A DNA stretch of 64,000 bases from a virus (taxonomy: Duplodnaviria > Caudoviricetes). The position numbers and the translations under genes were made by a program. The notes below the pieces were generated by a model. That model ran no database searches, was not told the DNA's origin, and was given only the letters and a program-made list of their open reading frames with translations. Each line of letters begins with the position of its first letter. Position 1 is the first letter of the stretch. The stretch covers positions 32,001 through 96,000 of IMG/VR virus record IMGVR_UViG_3300019373_000007; one strand, 5' to 3'. This document shows, one piece after another, positions 9,900 to 19,062 of the stretch.

Positions 9900-10557
9900 T
9901 CCCCCGAAAAGTGCTCGCGTACGCGCGCAGTGAGTATACTCACAGTATACTTGTAGAATACTCGTCGATAGACGCTTCGCGATTATAACATTACCACAAT
10001 TAAGTTTTTAAAGAAATTAAATTAAGCGCGCGCACGCGCAAGCCTCTTCCTCTCCTCTTTTTGAAAATTCGTGAAACTGACTCTGAGAGTGTTCTGCTCT
10101 GATGCTATCGCATGATTGAACACATGCCGAAAATTGATGATGCCGAAAACGGGAGTTGATAGCTTCGCAAGAATTTCTGAAAAGACCCCTAGGGGGAAGT
10201 TTTTGAAAAATCGCTCAAGCATGCTTGTGCTATGCGTACGCATGTGTATGCAGCCGAATTCGCACATGTGTAGGGCATATGTGAAACAATGCGAAAGGCG
10301 TCGATAGCGTATTCAAAACATAGGCATTGATATGTTTTATGGGGTATCATCGTCTAGTTGAAAAATTTCTTAAAACGGGTCTTGATTTCTGACCTGAGGT
10401 ATATTATCATTGTCTATACACCCTTCTTCAAACACGTCAAATTTTAGCTAAAACTTATCTATCATCAGGCCGAGACGAGCCTGTCAAGACGAAATCGTTA
10501 AGTCCATTGTCCGTTGGGGAAATGTTTCGGACAGACTCTAAAAGGGAGGAACTAGAG

Positions 10558-11412
10558 ATGGCATACGAGAACAATGACAAACTGTCTACTGTTGAATCTA
10601 GCGCCGCTAGATGTTTACGTCTCCTTGAATCCATTCAGGAATCTGGTCATGGGTTACAGGCCAAGAACCGTCATAAGTGTCGCATGCTTGCTAGTCAATT
10701 CGAGGCCATGAGTAGAATGCTCTACGAGATAGCGTCTTATGAGCCTAAGAAGAAGATGTCTACTGCACATTCAGGTGACGAAGTAGATGTTCTCGATGAC
10801 CTTGACGACATTGTCGATTCGTCTGAAGAAAGCAATTCCGAGTACTCAGCAAAGATGATCTTGCATTCATTCGCAGTTCGCTTGAAGCTGTGTGCACAGG
10901 TCGGACTTGATACCGTAGAGATGAATAGATTCGCAGACGTAGTTTCGTTGTGGTACCACACAAGATACTTACCAGAGTGTCCTAATCCTAACTTCAGATA
11001 CCGAGCTGATCGGATATGTGAATGGATAGACGCTCTGATTTTGTGTTATGGCGCGTACATGCAGTCAGGCAAATGTACGGAATTCTTGTCTAAGATGCGA
11101 GATTGGGTCGTTGTCGTAAGTAGGGATGACGGTGAGTTGTGGCAGCTTCCTTACTTTGTTTCATCTTTCATCACATCACAGAATGTCGAAGACTTCACAT
11201 GTGAGGCAATCCTTGTAGAGAGGATATTCAAGAAAGCGATATACGACGATTCGTTTTATCCAATGCGGATGCATACAGTTGAGGACAAAGTCTTGACCTA
11301 CTATCCGGAACTAGCTGGTAAGAGTGTTGAGGAGCTACTTAGCCTTATTCATCATCCGCTGGCAACTACGTCGTCCTTTGACGCATCTAAATATCAGGAG
11401 GTGGCTCCGTAA
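10558..11412 (+). CDS. hypothetical protein, first gene of replication operon
   Basis: GGAGGA RBS before ATG 10558; AATCGTTA at 10493. Confidence 0.7.
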   Translation: MAYENNDKLSTVESSAARCLRLLESIQESGHGLQAKNRHKCRMLASQFEAMSRMLYEIASYEPKKKMSTAHSGDEVDVLDDLDDIVDSSEESNSEYSAKMILHSFAVRLKLCAQVGLDTVEMNRFADVVSLWYHTRYLPECPNPNFRYRADRICEWIDALILCYGAYMQSGKCTEFLSKMRDWVVVVSRDDGELWQLPYFVSSFITSQNVEDFTCEAILVERIFKKAIYDDSFYPMRMHTVEDKVLTYYPELAGKSVEELLSLIHHPLATTSSFDASKYQEVAP

Positions 11413-12650
11413 TGGCGTTGATCTACACAAGTTCAAACAAAATCAATTTCAATGACATATCGACTCGCTACGAAGTGCCTAAGGCATACAGAGCAAAACT
11501 CGGCAACATCCACAGCGATCTGATCATTTACGTCAATACACACTTCAGAAATACTATCAAGTATAAGCAGCGTGTGGTTGATGCATTGAATTTATTGACC
11601 TACTGTGTGCTCAACAACGAAGTGCCTCCGTTCGACTGGACTATTGATAATCCGCTAGGGTCAGTTCCGTCTGAGTATGATCGGGATGAAGTACTTCGGG
11701 CTTTAGGTGACTTCGCGTTGTCTGTTGACTCTATTGAGTGGGATTTAGCAGAGAGCGGCTATGACATAGCGATGGAACCATATCCAGAGCACAAAGAAGA
11801 GAAGGCAGTGCCCAAGATCAGTAAGCCTGCAACGAAGCCGGCTGAACCTGTAGTGACACCGTCTAGCTCATTGAGATCAATCAATCCGGAAGCACCTAGC
11901 ACGAAAAAGCTGACTATTGATACACCTAAAGAGGATCTGTACTTAGCTCCTCCGACTTATCCGAGATTCGATGCAACTAAGCCATGGCTTTCAATGGAGT
12001 ACGAAGGAGAGCAGTTTGCTATCTATACTACACTCCCTGAGATACCGACACGCCAGCGAGAGATTTCAGTAACGACTGATGTGAACCGCATGACAGACTC
12101 AGAGCTACTTGCATTGTTCCCTACTCGAACCATCGAGACCAGACCGGCAGTGATGTATGAAGGGATTCCAGGATTCGACTATCAGGATGAAGAGGACTTA
12201 GGTATCATCTATCCTATCCACGGATTCACAAGAGAGGAAGTCATCGACAACATCATCCGATATCCTCATCTTCACAAGAAGCTTAAGCGAAGAAATGAGA
12301 AGGGTGAATTGCGTCCAATATGGGTAGACGTAGAAATCGACGGCAAGCTAGTTCCTATTGATGACGTTTGGGAGCAGTTACCTGACTCTAAGCTAGTTCC
12401 CCGACACCGAGATATTGTTCGTGAATACATGACACGAAAGTACTTGCTAGAGCGTGACCATGGAATCCAGCATAAGTATCCTATGTATGGTACATTAGAA
12501 GAATTCTTAACACTTTTCATGCCAGCTTCGTTTTATATAGAGAGGGGTTACGAAGATGTTGTAGGAATCGCTCGCCAATGTGTCAAGAGCCGAGTTTCAT
12601 TCTTACAGTCTCGAAACCCTATGCTAAGGAGGTTACATTTGTATGAATAA
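11412..12650 (+). CDS. hypothetical protein (possible replication initiator, by position)
   Basis: 412 aa ORF coupled to loader and helicase genes; Pro-rich linker. Confidence 0.6.
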   Translation: MALIYTSSNKINFNDISTRYEVPKAYRAKLGNIHSDLIIYVNTHFRNTIKYKQRVVDALNLLTYCVLNNEVPPFDWTIDNPLGSVPSEYDRDEVLRALGDFALSVDSIEWDLAESGYDIAMEPYPEHKEEKAVPKISKPATKPAEPVVTPSSSLRSINPEAPSTKKLTIDTPKEDLYLAPPTYPRFDATKPWLSMEYEGEQFAIYTTLPEIPTRQREISVTTDVNRMTDSELLALFPTRTIETRPAVMYEGIPGFDYQDEEDLGIIYPIHGFTREEVIDNIIRYPHLHKKLKRRNEKGELRPIWVDVEIDGKLVPIDDVWEQLPDSKLVPRHRDIVREYMTRKYLLERDHGIQHKYPMYGTLEEFLTLFMPASFYIERGYEDVVGIARQCVKSRVSFLQSRNPMLRRLHLYE

Positions 12651-13254
12651 CTGCATCTTTGCTGCTAATTGCATAGACAGAGAGTCATGTGACGGGTCAT
12701 GCCCTGTATTAGCTCAGAATTCATACCTCCTAGAGAGAAATGAAATCTCAGTAACTAACTCCGCAGTGTTCCGAATGGATGAGCATGAGGTACAGAAGTA
12801 CAGTGCTTATGTGGAAAGCCGACAGCACGATTTAGCACATCCAATCAACACATATTCAACTACATCATCTACTTCTAGCGTAGCTGACAAGATTACATAT
12901 TGTGCAGTATGCCAGATGTGGAAAGGCAGTGGCCTTCATTGTGTAGTATATAATCTGAAATTCAATCAGTATCTAGAGACCGTCCAGAAGAGCTGGTCAT
13001 ATGGTGCTGATACATCGGAATCCGATTACATTAAGATATGGGCAACCAATGCTCAATTCCTAGTGATATCAGGATTAGATTATGTCAATTTCAAAGACTT
13101 TCCGAGCCAGACCTTATTGTCGTTGCTTCAAGAAAGGGACAAGCCGCAGTTGACTACTGTGCTTGTCACTCCTGCGTTGTCGGGATTAGTAGGGGAAGGT
13201 CCGTTCTTTGCGAAACTGACGCAATTACTATCAAAGAATAACAGGGCGGTATAA
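12643..13254 (+). CDS. DnaC/IstB-like helicase loader (degenerate P-loop)
   Basis: N-terminal Cys cluster; FLVISGLD..QTLLSLLQERDK..LTTVLVT; directly upstream of DnaB. Confidence 0.55.
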   Translation: MNNCIFAANCIDRESCDGSCPVLAQNSYLLERNEISVTNSAVFRMDEHEVQKYSAYVESRQHDLAHPINTYSTTSSTSSVADKITYCAVCQMWKGSGLHCVVYNLKFNQYLETVQKSWSYGADTSESDYIKIWATNAQFLVISGLDYVNFKDFPSQTLLSLLQERDKPQLTTVLVTPALSGLVGEGPFFAKLTQLLSKNNRAV

Positions 13255-13262
13255 GGGGAAAC

Positions 13263-14621
13263 ATGATCCAAGGAATTGAAGTTCAAGTAATATCAAAGCT
13301 CCTGACTACAGATCAGCAGAGCGACATAGATGCCCTTCTCAGTTATGACCAATCTTACTTCATGTCCTATGCTAAGGAGATGGCATACATACGAAATCAC
13401 TGGATCAAGTATCGCAGAATTCCTAGCATATTTGATTTTCAGCTAGAGTTTGCTGATTTTGTGCCCGTACAAGTTCCTGAGCCTGTAGAATACCTCAAAG
13501 AGAAGTTAAGGGACTACCGTCAGTACCTTCTTCTGATGGAGACATTCAACAAGATAAAGGACCTAGGCGAAGGAGACGTAGCCGATGCATGGAAGTACCT
13601 ATCCATGCAATGTATGGTTGCTGGATCATTCGGCAATTCCGAGCCGCTAGACATCATCAAAGATGCTCAGAAACGTGCAGATCAGGTAGCTGAATATGCT
13701 AGGCAGACTCGAATACCAACAGGATTCCCTGAGATAGACAAAGTGATGTATGGCGGACTCAGCACAGTTGAGGAGCTGCTAGTAATCATTGCAAGATCCA
13801 ATGCAGGAAAGTCATGGGTCTGCACAAAGATGATGGAATCTGCTCAGAAGAATGGATTTCCTGTAGCATATTACTCTCCAGAAATGCAAGCAGCCTATCT
13901 AGGTACTCGATTCGATACTTGGAGAGGAAAGTTCAGCAACAGTGACCTGTTCCAAGCTAAGTATTCAGTCGACTACATTAAATACATCAAGAGTCTCCCA
14001 GAAGATGAGACATCCGCTTACATTATCGAGGACAAAGATTTTCCGGACGGGGTGTCAGTCGGAGTCTTGGATCCATTCGTAAGCATGCACGGAATCAAGC
14101 TCCTAATCATTGATGGTTTGTCATATATGGTAGATGACCGAAAGGGAATCAATACACAAGAGAGATACAAGAACATTGCTGCTGGATTGTTCCAGCTGAG
14201 TAAGAAATACGGCTGTGCGGTTGTAGTAGCAATGCAGTCTAACCGAGAGGTCAAGAACAAAGACGATAAAGGCGAGTCAATTCCAGACCTTTACAATGCA
14301 GAAGGATCTGACCACCCAGGCCGAATTGCAACACAGGCCTTCGGTATTCGTCAGATATTTGAGAAGAGTGTCTTGGATATCAAGCTTCTGAAAGCAAGAA
14401 ATGCAAAGAATCAGAATCCCGTATTCTCTTATTCATGGGATATCAATACAGGAAAGATGGATTTCATTCCAAGTGATGACTCAGCTAGCCCCGCTGTTGT
14501 AGCACCTACAATAAGCGCGCCTAGCGTATCGGCACCTAAGTTTAATTCAGCACCTATCATATCATCTCCGCTATCACTGTTAGATGATTCGATGGATGAC
14601 GGAGATACAGTAGAATTCTAG
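13263..14621 (+). CDS. dnaB: replicative DNA helicase, DnaB family
   Basis: IPTGFPEIDK..GG, ARSNAGKS Walker A, YSPEM, LLIIDG, QSNRE, KARN. Confidence 0.9.
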   Translation: MIQGIEVQVISKLLTTDQQSDIDALLSYDQSYFMSYAKEMAYIRNHWIKYRRIPSIFDFQLEFADFVPVQVPEPVEYLKEKLRDYRQYLLLMETFNKIKDLGEGDVADAWKYLSMQCMVAGSFGNSEPLDIIKDAQKRADQVAEYARQTRIPTGFPEIDKVMYGGLSTVEELLVIIARSNAGKSWVCTKMMESAQKNGFPVAYYSPEMQAAYLGTRFDTWRGKFSNSDLFQAKYSVDYIKYIKSLPEDETSAYIIEDKDFPDGVSVGVLDPFVSMHGIKLLIIDGLSYMVDDRKGINTQERYKNIAAGLFQLSKKYGCAVVVAMQSNREVKNKDDKGESIPDLYNAEGSDHPGRIATQAFGIRQIFEKSVLDIKLLKARNAKNQNPVFSYSWDINTGKMDFIPSDDSASPAVVAPTISAPSVSAPKFNSAPIISSPLSLLDDSMDDGDTVEF

Positions 14622-14632
14622 GAGGAAATGAA

Positions 14633-15040
14633 GTGGAAACAATTCATGTAGTAGCAGCAATCATTTTCAAATTGACAGACGAAGGCACACTAGTGTTAGC
14701 TAGTCAACGAGGTAAAGGTAAATTCATAGGTAAGTGGGAGTTCCCTGGTGGTAAGGTGGAACCCGGCGAATCCTTGGATCAAGCAGTAAGACGCGAGATT
14801 GACGAGGAGCTAGGCGTGCAGCTAGTTAACGTCCAGCCAGCATACAGTATAGATACCGAAATCAGTGATAATTCCGTATGCATGCACTTCTTCTGGGCAC
14901 AGGCTGAGAACGAAGAATTCAAGCAGACTATTGAGTCACGCGCAACTCAGTGGGTAGCCGAATGTAGTTTATATGATTTAGATTGGATGGAAGCAGACAG
15001 AGAGGTTCTTCCTATGATAGCGAAGGACATCGCAGACTAA
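14633..15040 (+). CDS. NUDIX hydrolase (MutT-like)
   Basis: WEFPGGKVEPGES...AVRREIDEELG Nudix box. Confidence 0.9.
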   Translation: METIHVVAAIIFKLTDEGTLVLASQRGKGKFIGKWEFPGGKVEPGESLDQAVRREIDEELGVQLVNVQPAYSIDTEISDNSVCMHFFWAQAENEEFKQTIESRATQWVAECSLYDLDWMEADREVLPMIAKDIAD

Positions 15041-15113
15041 AGTTAGAATCGTTATGTAATCTGTAGTTACATCTCTTACATTCGGGGTGACGCAGAAACG
15101 CGTTGCCTCTTGT

Positions 15114-15200
15114 GAATCCATAGCTCAAGCAGAGCAGCCGAGGTCTTTTTCTAGTTCCTCAACTCCCGGCAAGACGGAGGTTCAAGTCCTCCTGGATTCA
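15114..15200 (+). tRNA. tRNA-like gene with enlarged anticodon arm; identity not assignable
   Basis: acceptor GAATCCA/TGGATTC, D arm GCTC/GAGC, T arm GGAGG-TTCAAGT-CCTCC; 26 nt between GCCG and CGGC. Confidence 0.6.
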
Positions 15201-15255
15201 ATTGGGCACTGCTGACATAGGGTGTCCTCCAGAAAATAACACAACAAACTTCAGA

Positions 15256-15340
15256 TCGCTGCTGATGGTAGAACGAATTGGTACATCTTCTATAGATCAG
15301 AGAACATGGTTCTAGCTGGGCGCAATTTCCAGTGCAGCGA
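15256..15340 (+). ncRNA. degenerate tRNA-like structure
   Basis: TCGCTGC/GCAGCGA closing stem, GATG/CATC arm, CTGGG-7 nt-TCCAG arm without TTC. Confidence 0.3.
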
Positions 15341-15434
15341 GTTGCTCCTCAATTGTGAGCAGGTCACGGCCGCAGACGATAAAGCGGCACTCATGCTTTC
15401 TGCAGGCATTGAATATCTCAGTGCCTGCTGTTCT

Positions 15435-15495
15435 GGACCCTTAGCTCAGTTGGTTAGAGCAACGTCACTATAGTGACGTTGCTGTGTGGTCCTCA
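15435..15495 (+). pseudogene. tRNA 5-prime half (Met/Ile2-like) ending in a perfect palindrome; T arm absent
   Basis: GGACCCTTAGCTCAGTTGGTTAGAGCA running into AGCAACGTCACTATAGTGACGTTGCT, then GGTCC. Confidence 0.6.
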
Positions 15496-15529
15496 TCACT
15501 TAGTAGTTTCTTAGTTGCGATAAGGATAA

Positions 15530-16115
15530 TTGAGCTCCGAAAAGAAAAGGGACAATCATAGAATACGAATGCTGTACATATCTTCTCAAGCTGGGGCTTA
15601 ATGTTTCTGCTCCTGTAGGGGATCTAGCCCCTTACGATCTTGTTGTAGACATTGATCATCGATTATATAGATTGCAATGCAAGAAATGCCACAATGCGAC
15701 TAAAGGCGCTTACGCGATGGAATGTACTACTAATATCAATACTCGCACTAAGCTTGAAACTTGCACTTATTCTCCGGATGATGTGGATTTTTCGCTACTT
15801 CATTAGATGGCAGAACTTACCTTATTCCATTCAGTGAAGTTGGTGAAAAAGCCGAATTTCGACTCAGATTTGAGGAGCCAGCAAATCATAATGTGAAAAA
15901 TATAAATTTCGGACCTTATTATTTAGCAGATCGTGTTGTTGCTTGTTTGCAGTCTGGGTGTGAGCTAACTTTTCCTCCTCCACCTTGGGCCAAGCAGAGT
16001 GCTGTGGACCAAGTGTATTATTGGATAAATGACGGATTCACTACTCGTAAATTTTTTTGGCCCTGAGTCAGCTATACCTTCGGGATGGGTTCGAGGCAGA
16101 AGGGATATTAAATAA
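15530..16115 (+). pseudogene. PD-(D/E)XK homing-type endonuclease with three homopolymer frameshifts
   Basis: reconstructed KGTIIEYEC..VSAPVGDLAPYDLVVD..YRLQCK..YSPDDVDFFAT..YLIP..WINDG..IPSGWVRGR; shifts near 15545, 15790 and 16055. Confidence 0.75.
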
Positions 16116-16152
16116 TTTACATACTTATTATAGTATTACAAAGGGAGACAAC

Positions 16153-16431
16153 ATGACATTACGAGAAGTACTTACTCAAGAGAATAAAGATACTATTGGC
16201 TATATTGAAGAACGCCTTCGACTAGATCCGGCTGTCTTCGGAGTGGACAGTATCTTTTCAGGTATGTTTGCAGTCAAAGATGGATCCATTGTATCTATTG
16301 ATGGTGACGTATACTCTCTTAATTCTGAAATTGACGGCTATCAATTCTGGGAAGCTACAGAAAATACAGAATTCTTCCACAAAGGAGATCTGTGCATGAC
16401 TGTCTTTCAAACATGTAGAATCACGAAGTAG
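16153..16431 (+). CDS. hypothetical protein
   Basis: GGGAG RBS before ATG 16153. Confidence 0.6.
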   Translation: MTLREVLTQENKDTIGYIEERLRLDPAVFGVDSIFSGMFAVKDGSIVSIDGDVYSLNSEIDGYQFWEATENTEFFHKGDLCMTVFQTCRITK

Positions 16432-16442
16432 GAGCATAGATA

Positions 16443-16769
16443 ATGAAATCAGATTGCACGTTTCTTGTTATCGGCGAAATTGAAAATGTACTCGCAGACC
16501 TAGCTGAGTCATCTGAAGTAGCCAGTCCACATGTACAGGCCTCTGCTATTCTTGACTACTTAGTAGCTCATGATCTAGCTATTGTCAAACAAAGCGAATG
16601 CAAGCAAGAGATTCAAGAGGCTTATGAAGAAGTAGAGCGAGCTCGCAACGAAGCTGAGACATGGAAGCGTGTATCTTATCAATCCGAACGCAGAGCTAGG
16701 CAGAAAGAATGCGACGCTATTATCAAGAAATTGCAGGACGTGGATGAGTACAGAAAACATCGGAGATAG
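16443..16769 (+). CDS. hypothetical protein
   Basis: ORF track with RBS. Confidence 0.6.
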   Translation: MKSDCTFLVIGEIENVLADLAESSEVASPHVQASAILDYLVAHDLAIVKQSECKQEIQEAYEEVERARNEAETWKRVSYQSERRARQKECDAIIKKLQDVDEYRKHRR

Positions 16770-16778
16770 GAGGTCATC

Positions 16779-17294
16779 ATGTCTGATCTAAACATGATAA
16801 AAATCATCGGAAGATGGACAATTACAATTGAATTAGAATACTCAGACAATGATGCTCCAGTAGCTGCTTCTGAATCTCTTATCAAGCCGCTCATGCTACC
16901 TGACGGAACATATGATCAGATTGCTCTAGACGAGTATGAAGATTTTGTAGTGAACGTCCTGGGAGTATTCGACAGATGCGGTTTTGAAGTCATTGAAGAG
17001 AGACAGAGCCCTCAATCTAAATCTTACTATTTTGACTTAGTTAAGTCTGAGCAAGAAAATAAAAAGGACTATAAGTACATTCTTTACATTCGATTATCTG
17101 ATCATCCACTATCTAAATTATCTGCAAGGAGACAAGATGAGTGGTTCGCTTCCCACGCAGAGGAGCAGAAGCAGCCTGCTACAAAGTCCAAACAGAAGTG
17201 GAAGGTGAAACGAATAACAGTAAACAAGGATACATATTATAGTTATGATGATGCACTAGAAGATATTGAAGCAAGATTGTCTTCTCTGGCGTAG
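16779..17294 (+). CDS. hypothetical protein with RxSDH motif; distant paralog of 57596..58141
   Basis: PVAAS, SKSYY, IRLSDH. Confidence 0.7.
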   Translation: MSDLNMIKIIGRWTITIELEYSDNDAPVAASESLIKPLMLPDGTYDQIALDEYEDFVVNVLGVFDRCGFEVIEERQSPQSKSYYFDLVKSEQENKKDYKYILYIRLSDHPLSKLSARRQDEWFASHAEEQKQPATKSKQKWKVKRITVNKDTYYSYDDALEDIEARLSSLA

Positions 17295-17299
17295 CATAG

Positions 17300-17470
17300 T
17301 TGACAAACTCAGGTTTCTGTCATACGATATAGATGTGAAGAAATCCCAAATCAACTATAACTGAATGAAATGGGTCGCAACTCCTTATGGAGTCTGACTA
17401 TAGATCAAAGCGCTGCAGTTGATTTAGGATTTCTTCACAACTTTTCTTAGATCAAGCGGCGCTTTTCTAT
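17300..17470 (+). promoter_or_regulatory. sigmaA promoter plus structured leader with alternative hairpins
   Basis: TTGACA-17-TACGAT; 17334-17356 pairs with 17417-17439; 17407-17429 pairs with 17445-17465, followed by a U-rich tract. Confidence 0.7.
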
Positions 17471-17484
17471 TTGGAGAAACAGTA

Positions 17485-18141
17485 ATGAAAAGATACGTCA
17501 AATCGACAAATAGGACAATATCGCTAGCTGATATATTATCAAAGATCGATTACTTTGTATTAGTTGATAGTTGTGATAACTTGAACTTGTCTGTTATAAA
17601 CGCACCAGATGAAGTTGATGATGATTCGGAATACTATGCTACTCTTCCTGACAGCCGCCTTGCTGAGCTCAGTGATAATGAGCTCCATTCAATCAATGAC
17701 CCTGAGATACTTGATCGTCTTGTACACTTGTGCAAGGAGCGACTTTCGTCTGATCAGCTTGCGATCTATAGGGAAGAAGCTAAAAAGAAAGTTCCACTAG
17801 ACGATGCAGCTAAAGTTGATCTGCTTCGCATGTTTAGTCAATGCAACAAAGTTTTCATAGAAAATCGTCGTAAAAATAATGATTTTAGGGCTACTTATGA
17901 ACTGACTGATGACGACATATTGGCTATCTTACATAATCTGAAGAAAAGCGACTTCGATTCCAGAACAAAAAGCATCAACTACGGGCACTTAGGTAATAAC
18001 TTAGTAATCATGCATCCGAACATTCTTATCCCACAGAAGGACATCATAGTAGGAGCTAACTTGTATATCAAAATTGATATTGATGAATCTACACATTCCG
18101 GTGTAGCGTTCATCTCAATACACCCTAGACAATTCGACTAG
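17485..18141 (+). CDS. MKR-leader protein with C-terminal MqsR-like (RelE-fold) toxin domain
   Basis: MKRYVKST; RRKNNDF..LTDDDILAILHNL...DF...LYIKIDI...VAFISIH resembles MqsR-family toxins. Confidence 0.6.
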   Translation: MKRYVKSTNRTISLADILSKIDYFVLVDSCDNLNLSVINAPDEVDDDSEYYATLPDSRLAELSDNELHSINDPEILDRLVHLCKERLSSDQLAIYREEAKKKVPLDDAAKVDLLRMFSQCNKVFIENRRKNNDFRATYELTDDDILAILHNLKKSDFDSRTKSINYGHLGNNLVIMHPNILIPQKDIIVGANLYIKIDIDESTHSGVAFISIHPRQFD

Positions 18142-18208
18142 ACGTTACAACCTAAAATAACAACAGAAGAAGACTCATGCAGATGAAATGCCAGAATGAA
18201 GTCTTCAC

Positions 18209-18268
18209 ACCGCAGTTCGTATTTTACAAGCCTTCACGAAATCCTGCGGTATATAAATCAAACACTAT
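18209..18268 (+). promoter_or_regulatory. preQ1-I-like riboswitch aptamer, copy 1
   Basis: stem ACCGCAG/CTGCGGT, loop TTCG...ATC, A-rich tail ending ACTA; upstream of queF. Confidence 0.6.
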
Positions 18269-18305
18269 TGATCTTAAGGCCTTCATATGTAACAAAATCG
18301 AGTAA

Positions 18306-18360
18306 GATCTTGCTAGTGTGAAGGGACGCACAGTTTCTAAGCATTAGCAAGGTCTTTTTA
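18306..18360 (+). terminator. terminator-like hairpin in queF leader
   Basis: AGATCTTGCTAGTG ... CATTAGCAAGGTCT followed by TTTT. Confidence 0.5.
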
Positions 18361-18374
18361 TATTGCGGTAATTC

Positions 18375-18430
18375 CCGGTGTTCGTATTCATTCCTTGACG
18401 AAATCCACCGGCTTTACAAAATAAAACTAT
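18375..18430 (+). promoter_or_regulatory. preQ1-I-like riboswitch aptamer, copy 2
   Basis: stem CCGGTG/CACCGG, loop TTCG...ATC, tail AAAATAAAACTA just before the queF RBS. Confidence 0.65.
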
Positions 18431-18451
18431 ATTTCAAGGAGGTTCACAAAC

Positions 18452-18961
18452 ATGAGTGAACAAAGAGAACAGGATTTATCCGAAGTAACATTATTAGGTA
18501 ATCAGAACACTAAGTACAAGTATGATTACGACCCATCTATCTTAGAGAAATTCGAGCGCAAGTTTGATGGGTCTGTTAAGGATGAGCAGATTGTCAGCTT
18601 GGATTGCTTTGAGTTTGCATCTAGATGTCCGAAGACCGGGCAGCCGGATTTCGCAACCATCCATATTTCTTACATTCCGAATAAATATATGGTAGAATCT
18701 AAGTCATTGAAGCTCTATCTCTTTAGTTTCCAACAGCATGGAGACTTTCATGAATCTTGCGTTCATATGATCATGCAGGATTTAATAGATCTGCTGGATC
18801 CATGCTATCTGGAAGTTTATGGTGACTTCAATAGCCGCGGCGGTATCTCAATCTTGCCATTCAGTGTATACGCTGATGAGGATCACATGGACATCAAGAA
18901 TGCTCGTCAGCTTACTATGATGCAGTATAGTGTAGAGCATAGACCGAGAACAGGCAGATAA
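18452..18961 (+). CDS. queF: preQ0 reductase (NADPH-dependent 7-cyano-7-deazaguanine reductase)
   Basis: [10 protein letters not shown], QueF motif [17 protein letters not shown]. Confidence 0.95.
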   Translation: MSEQREQDLSEVTLLGNQNTKYKYDYDPSILEKFERKFDGSVKDEQIVSLDCFEFASRCPKTGQPDFATIHISYIPNKYMVESKSLKLYLFSFQQHGDFHESCVHMIMQDLIDLLDPCYLEVYGDFNSRGGISILPFSVYADEDHMDIKNARQLTMMQYSVEHRPRTGR

Positions 18962-18976
18962 TGAGGAAAGCTTCGC

Positions 18977-19030
18977 ATGCAAGAAGAATGGGGATCCGTT
19001 GTCGGATATGATGGAATGTACGAGAACTGA
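18977..19030 (+). pseudogene. NUMOD4 endonuclease N-terminal remnant
   Basis: MQEEWGSVVGYDGMYEN* matches the NUMOD4 start pattern EEW..I.GY.G.YE. Confidence 0.5.
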
Positions 19031-19062
19031 GATATCGTTATAGTATTCAAGGAGGACTAATC

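Noticed and set aside
9475-10307. Short ORFs in the intergenic gap
   Set aside because: No RBS, they overlap repeats and promoters, and composition is atypical
15141-15166. CTA in the tRNA-like loop as an amber suppressor indicating TAG recoding
   Set aside because: Loop geometry is non-canonical, and many well-defined genes (dnaB, folE, tnpB, amidase) end cleanly at TAG
15652-15837. ORF-track 61 aa protein
   Set aside because: Off-frame reading inside the frameshifted PD-(D/E)XK gene
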